From the IMG/VR virus record IMGVR_UViG_3300046096_000174, positions 8,024 through 72,023 of that record: DNA of 64,000 nucleotides; one strand, given 5' to 3'. The notes under the pieces were generated by a model, which saw only the letters and a list, made by a program, of their open reading frames with translations, ran no database searches and was not told the DNA's origin. The DNA comes from a virus (taxonomy: Duplodnaviria > Heunggongvirae > Uroviricota > Caudoviricetes). Positions 55,705-62,706 of the stretch are shown here, in pieces. Both the position numbers and the translations under genes were made by a program. Positions within the stretch are counted from its first letter, which is position 1; each line of letters begins with the position of its first letter.

Positions 55705-55733
55705 TTGACAAACGCCAAAACGTGTGATAGCAT
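55705..55733 (+). promoter_or_regulatory. Sigma70-type promoter: -35 TTGACA, 17-bp spacer, extended -10 TGaTAGCAT
   Basis: Consensus -35. Shares the AAAACGTGTGATA core with the promoters at 56931 and 57155. Confidence 0.5.
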
Positions 55734-55757
55734 AATAGGCTTGATAAAGGAGTTTTT

Positions 55758-56153
55758 GTGCAACCAACTAACATTTCGAGGCTTGAGCAGAAGAAAGGTC
55801 CACGTAATACATGGATTAGGTCTTCGCACGAGCTTTTACGTAGAAAAGACCTAACAGCTAGTGCTAAGTTAGTGTATACACACATGCTGGATAAGTACAC
55901 ATTCTTTAGCCGACAGGAAAAAGAGTACTATGAGAATCTAGTAGACATAGGTGAAGCACTTGGTGGTATGGCTAAACAGACAGTGAGCGATTGTGTAAGA
56001 AAACTGAAGGAATTGGGTTTGATTGAGGTGTATGTCAAAAAGGTATATGCAACAGACAAATCGATAACTTCCAATAGTTACGTAGTGAAAGATATCTACG
56101 GCATTTATGCACCTGCTGTTGTTGCACCTATCATAGACGATTCACCTTTCTAA
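55758..56153 (+). CDS. Winged-helix DNA-binding protein (GTG start)
   Basis: wHTH pattern LTASAKLVYTHMLDKY...IGEALGGMAKQTVSDCVRKLKELGLIEV. RBS AAAGGAG. Confidence 0.45.
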   Translation: MQPTNISRLEQKKGPRNTWIRSSHELLRRKDLTASAKLVYTHMLDKYTFFSRQEKEYYENLVDIGEALGGMAKQTVSDCVRKLKELGLIEVYVKKVYATDKSITSNSYVVKDIYGIYAPAVVAPIIDDSPF

Positions 56154-56172
56154 TAGGGCGAAATTTGCACCT

Positions 56173-56232
56173 ACTAGTCCGAGAATGTTACCTATGATAG
56201 TCCGAAATTTAGTCTTAACTAGTCCGAAAATT
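56173..56232. repeat. Three direct repeats aTAGTCCGARAAT at 56175, 56198 and 56220 (period 22-23 bp)
   Basis: Immediately downstream of the wHTH gene. Related CTAGTCC copies also occur at 57664 and 57681. Confidence 0.45.
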
Positions 56233-56396
56233 AGCCCCTAATAAGACTGACGAACAATACTGAAAGAATAATACTGAAGGTTATAACCTACAGGTTAGAA
56301 GCCTGTTACGTGAACCTGTCTTGTTTGCTGGTTTGTTGTATAAAAACAACAGTTCAACCCTAAACCTACTGACCAACATATAGCACAAACCTAAGA

Positions 56397-56924
56397 TTGT
56401 TGTGCCTTGAACCCTTTACCCCATATTTAAACTACAAGGTTACCATGTATAAAGATTTATTAAGTTATAGTGCCTTAGATGGTGCTTTTTATATTCTGAA
56501 AGAAGGTAAGCCCTTTCGTAGAATATTTCCAGATGATGATGGCTACCTGATTTTCTATAAGAAAGGCAGGAAGTATAAACTGAAAGCTAATAGGGTAGCA
56601 GTTGAACTAGGGAATGCCTTGGTTATGCCTAGAGATAAAGTTGTCTTGCACAAGAATCTAAATCCTGAGGACTACAGGCTACAGAATCTTAAGCTTGTCA
56701 CTCGCAAGGCGCACAATTCCATCAAAGAGGCTCAACGTAACCTTGCTGGTGCTTTAAAGATTGTGCCTCACTACCAAGATATGTTTGCTTATACCTTGTG
56801 CTGGAGGGAAGAAGGCAAGGATAGAGCATTAGTAGTTCAAGATATCGTAGTAGTCCGAAGGTTATACACTAGGCTTCAACTAAAGTATGCTAAGATTCTA
56901 AGCAAATACTGTATATTTGATTGA
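56397..56924 (+). CDS. Hypothetical protein
   Basis: ORF. Confidence 0.4.
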   Translation: MLCLEPFTPYLNYKVTMYKDLLSYSALDGAFYILKEGKPFRRIFPDDDGYLIFYKKGRKYKLKANRVAVELGNALVMPRDKVVLHKNLNPEDYRLQNLKLVTRKAHNSIKEAQRNLAGALKIVPHYQDMFAYTLCWREEGKDRALVVQDIVVVRRLYTRLQLKYAKILSKYCIFD

Positions 56925-56930
56925 TTGCTC

Positions 56931-56959
56931 TTGATATTTACAGAAAGTTGTGATATAAT
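56931..56959 (+). promoter_or_regulatory. Sigma70-type promoter: -35 TTGATA, 17-bp spacer, extended -10 TGaTATAAT
   Basis: Near-consensus promoter. Confidence 0.5.
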
Positions 56960-57154
56960 TAGTTCTGTTGTAGTAAATTTCAGTTTAAGCTTCTAGCAAA
57001 TACTAACATTAAGAGTTAGTACCCTACTAGAATTAATTCCCACTGCAAGACTACTACGACATAACCTTTTCAGGTTTGTAGTTGCTTTCAAACTCCTTTC
57101 ACAGCTGCTTTCCTGAAAGCTGGATAAGTAACCAGCACTAATTTACAAAAGGTA

Positions 57155-57182
57155 TTGACAACCTGAAAAGTTGTGATACAAT
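57155..57182 (+). promoter_or_regulatory. Sigma70-type promoter: -35 TTGACA, 16-bp spacer, extended -10 TGaTACAAT
   Basis: Near-consensus promoter 30 nt upstream of the ATG at 57212. Confidence 0.55.
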
Positions 57183-57211
57183 CTAAGAATAACAACAAGA
57201 AAAGAGACAAC

Positions 57212-57406
57212 ATGAAATGTATCGTCTGTAACCAGTACTTTAAGCAATCGGTTTTTAACCAAGGCTATGAATGCGAAGATTGCTCAAGCGCAGTACTGGA
57301 CGAAGTGGACCAAGAGACAGAAGTTGATTTAGGCTTATTGCTAAACCCTAATGGGAAAACAAAAGCACAAATTAATTACGATTGGGACGATTCACACGGT
57401 TTCTAA
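57212..57406 (+). CDS. Small zinc-finger protein (CIVCNQ...CEDC)
   Basis: Start at the ATG after the promoter. The track ORF begins at GTG 57173 within the -10 element. Confidence 0.4.
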   Translation: MKCIVCNQYFKQSVFNQGYECEDCSSAVLDEVDQETEVDLGLLLNPNGKTKAQINYDWDDSHGF

Positions 57407-57451
57407 TGCCAAAGGCATTGAGACTCGGTTTTTGATGTATAATACACATAT

Positions 57452-57529
57452 AGCAGAGTAGAGAAGTGGTCTATCTCGCTACCCTCATAAGGTAGAAATC
57501 GGCGGTTCGAATCCGTCCTCATGCTTCCA
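57452..57529 (+). tRNA. tRNA-like, anticodon CAU (Met/Ile2) with a poorly paired acceptor stem
   Basis: D-arm GAGA-AGTGGTCTA-TCTC. Anticodon arm CTACC-CTCATAA-GGTAG. T-arm GGCGG-TTCGAAT-CCGTC. Acceptor AGCAGAG vs CTCATGC pairs only 3/7, so it is a possible pseudo-tRNA or the boundaries are off. Confidence 0.4.
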
Positions 57530-57715
57530 GAATTTATTTGCTATTTCCGAATAGCGAATAGCCAGAGCATAAGCCGAAGGCTCGTAGCTTAATCTAACGC
57601 TACTGAGGTTGAATCTGAATCCAAAGGATGAAGAGGATGTAGACACCGAAAGTCAGAAGTCTACTAGTCCTGCATGGAACCTAGTCCTCTGCAGGTACGA
57701 ATATACTCTAGGCTT

Positions 57716-57789
57716 GCCCTGTTAGTTAAGTGGTATAACACCTGTTTTGTAATCAGGTATTGGCAGTTCGATTCTGTCACGGGGCACCA
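57716..57789 (+). tRNA. tRNA-Thr (UGU)
   Basis: Acceptor GCCCTGT/ACGGGGC. D-arm GTTA-AGTGGTA-TAAC. Anticodon loop TTTGTAA. T-arm GGCAG-TTCGATT-CTGTC. Ends with CCA. Confidence 0.7.
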
Positions 57790-57795
57790 AATTTC

Positions 57796-57871
57796 GCGGA
57801 GATAGCTCAGTTGGTAGAGCGTTGTCTTGATAAGGCAAATGTCACTGGTTCAAGCCCAGTTCTCCGTACCA
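57796..57871 (+). tRNA. tRNA-Ile (GAU)
   Basis: GCGGAGA-TA-GCTCAGTTGGTAGAGC-G-TTGTC-TTGATAA-GGCAA...ACTGG-TTCAAGC-CCAGT-TCTCCGT-A-CCA. Confidence 0.75.
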
Positions 57872-57949
57872 ATTTCGAGAAGATTACAAGTATTTGTTCA
57901 TAGCCTGTGTAACCTTTTGGTTTTGTGCTATAATCTTCTCAATTAATTT

Positions 57950-58024
57950 ACTGCATTCGTCTATCGGTTAGGACACTCGGTTTTCATCCGAGCAAGGGGA
58001 GTTCGATTCTCCCATGCAGTACCA
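57950..58024 (+). tRNA. tRNA-Glu (UUC)
   Basis: Acceptor ACTGCAT/ATGCAGT is perfect. Anticodon arm CTCGG-TTTTCAT-CCGAG. T-arm GGGAG-TTCGATT-CTCCC. Ends with CCA. An extended -10 TGcTATAAT lies at 57925..57934 upstream. Confidence 0.75.
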
Positions 58025-58029
58025 AATAT

Positions 58030-58116
58030 GGATTGTTGGCTGAACGGTTAAGGCAGCGGATTGTAAATCCGTCATCCCAAGGGATATTAGTGGTTCGAAT
58101 CCATTGCAATCCACCA
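58030..58116 (+). tRNA. tRNA-Tyr (GUA) with a long variable arm
   Basis: Acceptor GGATTGT/GCAATCC. Anticodon arm GCGGA-TTGTAAA-TCCGT. Variable arm ATCCC-AA-GGGAT. T-arm AGTGG-TTCGAAT-CCATT. Ends with CCA. Confidence 0.7.
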
Positions 58117-58351
58117 AATTTTGTAGTCTTAGTCTGGAACTAGGGTAAAGGGTGTTGCGGAAGCTTAAATGCCGTTAAATATCGAAGCGCAACTTTAATG
58201 AATGTGTGCAGCCTACTATAATTAATAAGTCGGAGTAATTAGCCGAATAGTAAACACCCGCCAGCGAGGTAGCATGGTGGCAATCGCAGGGAATCCAGCG
58301 TGAGTAAAAGGGTGGGGTCAGAGTCCTCAAAAATAATGCTACTCGAAATTT
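58117..58351 (+). other. 235-nt noncoding gap inside the tRNA cluster (possible structured RNA)
   Basis: No plausible CDS; the 72-aa minus-strand track ORF lacks an RBS and context. Several local stems. By analogy, T4/T5 tRNA regions carry small stable RNAs. Confidence 0.25.
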
Positions 58352-58427
58352 TGGCATATAGCTCAGTTGGTAGAGCGTTTGACTGTTAATCAAAATGTCC
58401 GTGGTTCGACCCCACGTATGCCAGCCA
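58352..58427 (+). tRNA. tRNA-Asn (GUU)
   Basis: TGGCATA-TA-GCTCAGTTGGTAGAGC-G-TTTGA-CTGTTAA-TCAAA...CGTGG-TTCGACC-CCACG-TATGCCA-G-CCA. Confidence 0.75.
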
Positions 58428-58432
58428 GTTAA

Positions 58433-58500
58433 GGGTATGATGATTCAGCCTTCCTATTGCAGGAGGTAGCAGGTAGGTTTAATTCCTACGATATCCACCA
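58433..58500 (+). tRNA. Short (68-nt) tRNA-like element with a reduced D-region (possible UUG/Gln-type anticodon hairpin)
   Basis: Acceptor GGGTATG/GATATCC (6/7). T-arm GTAGG-TTTAATT-CCTAC. Ends with CCA. The candidate anticodon hairpin CTTCC-TATTGCA-GGAGG has a non-canonical loop. Confidence 0.3.
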
Positions 58501-58504
58501 CTTC

Positions 58505-58580
58505 GTTCCGATAGCTCAACTAGGCAGAGCAGTGGATTCCAAATCCGAAGGTTGGAGGTTCGATTCCTTCTCGGTTCGCA
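58505..58580 (+). tRNA. tRNA-Trp (CCA)-like with two U-U mismatches in the acceptor stem and a 3' GCA instead of CCA
   Basis: D-arm GCTC-AACTAGGCA-GAGC. Anticodon arm GTGGA-TTCCAAA-TCCGA. T-arm GGAGG-TTCGATT-CCTTC. Acceptor GTTCCGA vs TCGGTTC. Confidence 0.45.
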
Positions 58581-58602
58581 AATATAATATACAGGAGCAT
58601 TT

Positions 58603-58674
58603 ATGAATAATGAAGGTTGGGATGGTATCTCAAATGAAGGCTCAGGATACGCAGAGAAAATTCCTCGTATCTAA
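58603..58674 (+). CDS. 23-codon micro-ORF (MNNEGWDGISNEGSGYAEKIPRI) with a strong RBS, inside the tRNA cluster
   Basis: ACAGGAGCATTT-ATG spacing is ideal. Lies between the tRNA-Trp-like and tRNA-Ser genes. Far below the track threshold. Confidence 0.25.
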   Translation: MNNEGWDGISNEGSGYAEKIPRI

Positions 58675-58682
58675 ATAATCAA

Positions 58683-58772
58683 GGGTGGTTGGCAGAGAGG
58701 CCGATTGCAGAGGGTTGCTAACCCTTAAGCCGCTAACGTGGCTCATAGGTTCAAATCCTATACTACCCGCCA
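58683..58772 (+). tRNA. tRNA-Ser (GCU), long variable arm
   Basis: Acceptor GGGTGGT/ACTACCC. 3-bp D-stem. Anticodon arm GAGGG-TTGCTAA-CCCTT. Variable arm GCCGC-TAAC-GTGGC. T-arm ATAGG-TTCAAAT-CCTAT. Ends with G-CCA. Confidence 0.7.
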
Positions 58773-58777
58773 AATTG

Positions 58778-58865
58778 GGATGGGTGGCAGAGTGGTCGAT
58801 TGCGACAGGCTTGAACCCTGTTGGTCCGAAAGGGTCCGTGAGTTCGAATCTCACCTCATCCTCCA
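58778..58865 (+). tRNA. tRNA-Ser (UGA), long variable arm
   Basis: Acceptor GGATGGG/CTCATCC. Anticodon arm ACAGG-CTTGAAC-CCTGT. Variable arm TGGTCCGAAAGGGTCCGT. T-arm GTGAG-TTCGAAT-CTCAC. Ends with CCA. Confidence 0.7.
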
Positions 58866-58875
58866 AATACAATAT

Positions 58876-58953
58876 CCGTTTTTAGGCTAGTCTGGTTAAG
58901 TCACTTGGTTTGGGGCCAAGATATCGTAGGTTCGAATCCTACAGAACGGACCA
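58876..58953 (+). tRNA. tRNA-Pro (UGG)
   Basis: Acceptor CCGTTTT/AGAACGG. D-arm GGCT-AGTCTGGTTA-AGTC. Anticodon arm CTTGG-TTTGGGG-CCAAG. T-arm GTAGG-TTCGAAT-CCTAC. Ends with A-CCA. Confidence 0.7.
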
Positions 58954-58974
58954 ATTTTTAACATAAGGTGAATT

Positions 58975-59976
58975 ATGGCATTACCATCAACAGGTTCGAT
59001 TTCAATGCTTCAAGTTCGTACAGAGCTTGGAGCTTCTGGCGCTATTAGCTTAGGTCAAGCTAGTGTACGTTCATTAGCTGGTGTAGCTAGTGGTGCTATC
59101 AGTTTAAATAATTTACGTGGTAAGGCTAATGCGTTTAATGCCGCTATTACCTCTAACCAAACTAACTTAAACCTACGTACATGGGCTTTAGCTAACGGTT
59201 GGAATGGTACAACAGCTGCAACTATTACCATTAATAGTGGTGTATACATTTACGCTACAAGCACGGCAAATGCAGGTTTAACTATTAATGGTTCTTGGCC
59301 AGCGGGTATTACCTTAATTAATAATGGTTTTATTATGGGTATGGGCGGCAAAGGTACTGACTCTAGTACCTCACTTGCTGGAGCTGCTGCAGGTCCTGCT
59401 ATTAGTTTAGGTGTCAGTTGTAATATTACTAATAACTCTTACATCGCAGGTGGAGGTGGCGGCGGCGGCGCTGGAGCAGGTGGTGGCGGTGGTGGCGCAG
59501 GTGGTGGTGCAGGTGGAAAAGCTTACTATTCGTTTGGAAACATTGCAGGTGGTGCAGGTGGTGGACCGGGCGCAAGTGGTGCAAATGGTTCAGGTAGTGC
59601 CAACTTGAGCGATGCAGGTGGTGGCGGCGGCAGAATTCTACCGGGTGCTGGCGGTGCTGGCGGTTTCGCAGGTGCGGGACCTTATCATCAGGTTGGTAAT
59701 GTCGGTAAAGGTGGAGGCTCTGGCGGCGGCGGCGGTGGACTAAAACCCGGAATACCAGTTCCCGGAAACTCCACTGGCGGTGCTGGCGGTTCAGGTTCTG
59801 CGGTAGGCGGTGCAGGTACTGGAAGCTTTAAGGGTGGAGGTGGCGGTGGCGGTTGGGGTGCAGCTGGTGGTTCATCTTATACCTACGCTGGCGGCGCAGC
59901 TGGAAAAGCTGTTGCCTTAAATGGTTTCGCTATTACTTGGAACGCTGTAGGTACTCGATACGGTGCAATTAGTTAA
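58975..59976 (+). CDS. Glycine-rich protein (about 45% Gly in the C-terminal two-thirds; poly-Gly/Ala tracts)
   Basis: RBS AAGGTG. The N-terminal ~150 aa is Ser/Thr/Asn-rich and beta-like. Tracts GGGGGGGAGAGGGGGGAGGGAGG recur. The embedded track ORF 59411..59608 is a frame artefact of the GGN repeats. Confidence 0.5.
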   Translation: MALPSTGSISMLQVRTELGASGAISLGQASVRSLAGVASGAISLNNLRGKANAFNAAITSNQTNLNLRTWALANGWNGTTAATITINSGVYIYATSTANAGLTINGSWPAGITLINNGFIMGMGGKGTDSSTSLAGAAAGPAISLGVSCNITNNSYIAGGGGGGGAGAGGGGGGAGGGAGGKAYYSFGNIAGGAGGGPGASGANGSGSANLSDAGGGGGRILPGAGGAGGFAGAGPYHQVGNVGKGGGSGGGGGGLKPGIPVPGNSTGGAGGSGSAVGGAGTGSFKGGGGGGGWGAAGGSSYTYAGGAAGKAVALNGFAITWNAVGTRYGAIS

Positions 59977-59987
59977 AGGATATATAC

Positions 59988-60263
59988 ATGAAAATTAAAT
60001 ATGCAGTTTATGATGCAATTACTGGTGAGAATACATTGTACGATTCAAAAGAGCAAGCTTTGGAAGCTTTCTGGGCTTATGTAGTGGCCTTAGCAAAAAG
60101 CCATTTTAATAATTCAGCTTATACTGTAGTAGAACAATATGAAGATGGAACAGAAAAATGGTTTAATGACAATAACCAAGAAATTGAAGTAGAGATTTTT
60201 GATAAAACGGACTATATTTTAGCAGGTGGTCCACTAAGAACAACTGTGGAGGTATTACCATGA
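59988..60263 (+). CDS. Hypothetical protein
   Basis: ORF. Confidence 0.4.
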   Translation: MKIKYAVYDAITGENTLYDSKEQALEAFWAYVVALAKSHFNNSAYTVVEQYEDGTEKWFNDNNQEIEVEIFDKTDYILAGGPLRTTVEVLP

Positions 60264-60655
60264 ATAAAATAGGTGATTTAGGGTATTTTGGAAATATTTG
60301 GGTACGTCAAAACCTTCTTGAAAAAGTGGGAGATGATAATTATGGAGGTCACACGCATAAGTTTGACCACGTATCCTTATTAACTAAGGGTAAGGTGCTA
60401 GTTGAGATTGAAGGGCATCCTGCTAAAGAATTTACTGCACCTACTTTTATTGTAGTACGTAAAGAACATAAACACAAGTTTACTGCTTTGGAAGAGAATA
60501 CGGTTTGGTACTGTATTTTTGCACTTAGGGATTTAGATGGTGAACCTATTGACGAGCTTTTTGACCCAAATATTCACGACCCAATGAGTGCAGGGGCAAC
60601 AGACCCTAATTACTGGCAAAAAGCAGCAGATTTAGATGCTAAAACTTCTCATTAA
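60260..60655 (+). CDS. Hypothetical protein (His-rich HTHKFDH...HKHKF)
   Basis: ATGA overlap. Confidence 0.4.
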   Translation: MNKIGDLGYFGNIWVRQNLLEKVGDDNYGGHTHKFDHVSLLTKGKVLVEIEGHPAKEFTAPTFIVVRKEHKHKFTALEENTVWYCIFALRDLDGEPIDELFDPNIHDPMSAGATDPNYWQKAADLDAKTSH

Positions 60656-60859
60656 TAAGAACCTACCTTAGGGTCCGTTGTCGCTAACGGTTATCTACTA
60701 TGTAGAAGGCGTCCCTCGGTTCTTGATACGAGGTAACAAGAGATAGGATAATCTCTAGGCTTATTTGCCAAAGTAAGTTTTAAAAGCAAGCGTATTAATC
60801 GGCGGTGCTACGAAAAGCGCACTCTGGAATCGTAACCAGAACTAATTCAAGGAGATAGT

Positions 60860-61213
60860 ATGGCTTTTGAAAAAGGCAAATCGGGTAATCCTAATGGTCG
60901 CCCAAAGAAGACGAGCGTGTTAGATAAACCGACTAACCGTGACCTAAAAGAGCGTGAGTTAATCATGCTATTACGCAAAATCAAACCTCACGTTGCCAAA
61001 GCTATCTCTCAAGCTGCAGAAATTATGCAGAATGAAGAAGCTAGTCACCAGAACCAACTTAAGGCTGCAACCATATTACTAGATAATTACCGCAGACTTA
61101 CACTTGACGTTTATGACGGTGAAGATGCTGACGATAAAGAAGGTACTGAGATTCAACAACAAAATGCTCCGCTTTTCTCACTTACGGTGATTGACAACGA
61201 GAAAGCAGCTTAA
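60860..61213 (+). CDS. Putative terminase small subunit
   Basis: N-terminal KSGNPNGRPKK motif, common in phage TerS/DUF5681 proteins. Lies immediately upstream of TerL. RBS AAGGAG. Confidence 0.45.
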   Translation: MAFEKGKSGNPNGRPKKTSVLDKPTNRDLKERELIMLLRKIKPHVAKAISQAAEIMQNEEASHQNQLKAATILLDNYRRLTLDVYDGEDADDKEGTEIQQQNAPLFSLTVIDNEKAA

Positions 61214-61222
61214 AGGATACAA

Positions 61223-62695
61223 ATGAGTGAACAAGTAGTTATTGGACCTGCAAGTAAAAAACAAGAATTATTCCTTAACAGTGATGCAACAATTACGTTA
61301 GCTGGTGGGGCTGCAGGTTCAGGTAAAACCTATACTTCTTTACTCATCGCTTTAAGGTTCATGCAGCATCCTAGAGCTACAGGGGTTATCTTTCGTAGAA
61401 CGTCCAAGATGTTAACCGCACCCGGCAGTATCTGGCAAGAAGCCTGTAGCCTCTACAGCGCGTTATTTCCAAATCTACGTATCCGCAGTAGGGAACTTGA
61501 AATTGTCTTCCCTAACGGGGCTTTGCTCAAGTTTAGCCACATGCAGCATGCTATGAACATGTACGACCACAAAGGTGGTCAATACTCTTTGGTTATTTTC
61601 GATGAAGCAACCGACTTCGAAGAAGAAATGATTGTCTATCTGTTATCTCGTATGCGTAACGCCTACGTTAACTACAGACCTCAAATGTTCTTGATGACCA
61701 ACCCTGATTATAATAGCTTCTTACGCACATGGCTTGAAGACTATTACCTAGACCCTCAAACGGGTATCCCATTGGCTGAAAAGACAGGCCATAAACGCTT
61801 CTTCTTCCGTCAAGGTAACTCAATGCTTTGGTATAACTCCTTAGGAGAAGCTGAAGCAGTTCATGGAGCAGGTGATGAATCAGGTATTAGCTCATTTACA
61901 TTCATTGGTGCGACCTGTAGAGATAACCCTCCACTTCTAAAAGCACAACCAGATTATATCAGCCGATTAATGTCCTTACCTCGTGTAGAAAAGGAACGAT
62001 TGCTTGATGGCTCATGGTTTGCTCGACAAGAATCAGCAGGGCTATTTAAACGCGAATGGTGCGGTTTAGTTGACTACCCTAATGGTAGGGCCAAGCAACG
62101 CATTAGAGCGTGGGATTTCGCCTTTAGCAAGCCTTCTGAGCAGTATCCTAATCCCGATTGGACGCGAGGTGTTCTAGTCTCGAAAGATGATGCAAAAGTT
62201 TATACAGTAGAAGATGTTGTGTCCTTACGTGATAGGGTTCACGAAGTAGAGAAACTAATCTTTGAAACAGCCAGAGCTGACGGTCAAGGTGTGATTATTT
62301 CTATTCCTTTAGACCCTGCAGCTGCAGCTGGTGCTTATGCCAAGGACTTGCAGCGTAAGTTAGCTGAAATGGGTTTCGTTTGTAGATTAACTAAACCAGT
62401 TAAATCTAAGATTACTCGTTTTGCTCCATTCTCAAGTCTAGCGCAAGCTGGCTTCGTTAATATTGTAAAAGCTAACTGGAACAAAGATTTCTTTGACGAG
62501 CTTGAAGTCTTCGATGGTGACCCTAAGAAAAAGGATGACCAAGTTGACTGCTGTAGCGATTGTATCTTGCTTTTAAACAAGGATACACAGCTCCCAATAT
62601 TTTCATTACCTGATTTAACAGGTTCTAATCCATTCGATAGCATGCCTTCGCAGAGCTTATCAATGCCTCAATTCACAACTATCGGACTTAATTAA
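61223..62695 (+). CDS. terL: Terminase large subunit
   Basis: Walker A TLAGGAAGSGKTY and Walker B LVIFDEATDF. C-terminal RNase H-like nuclease region with acidic residues. Confidence 0.85.
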   Translation: MSEQVVIGPASKKQELFLNSDATITLAGGAAGSGKTYTSLLIALRFMQHPRATGVIFRRTSKMLTAPGSIWQEACSLYSALFPNLRIRSRELEIVFPNGALLKFSHMQHAMNMYDHKGGQYSLVIFDEATDFEEEMIVYLLSRMRNAYVNYRPQMFLMTNPDYNSFLRTWLEDYYLDPQTGIPLAEKTGHKRFFFRQGNSMLWYNSLGEAEAVHGAGDESGISSFTFIGATCRDNPPLLKAQPDYISRLMSLPRVEKERLLDGSWFARQESAGLFKREWCGLVDYPNGRAKQRIRAWDFAFSKPSEQYPNPDWTRGVLVSKDDAKVYTVEDVVSLRDRVHEVEKLIFETARADGQGVIISIPLDPAAAAGAYAKDLQRKLAEMGFVCRLTKPVKSKITRFAPFSSLAQAGFVNIVKANWNKDFFDELEVFDGDPKKKDDQVDCCSDCILLLNKDTQLPIFSLPDLTGSNPFDSMPSQSLSMPQFTTIGLN

Positions 62696-62706
62696 GGAGC
62701 CTATAA

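Noticed and set aside
58175-58885. Track ORFs 58175..58393 (-), 58642..58872 (-) and 58685..58885 (+) in the tRNA cluster
   Set aside because: They overlap well-formed tRNA genes, including Ser-GCU and Ser-UGA, and lack RBS.
59411-59608. Track ORF 59411..59608 (Val/Gln-rich) inside the Gly-rich gene
   Set aside because: Frame-shifted reading of GGN repeats.
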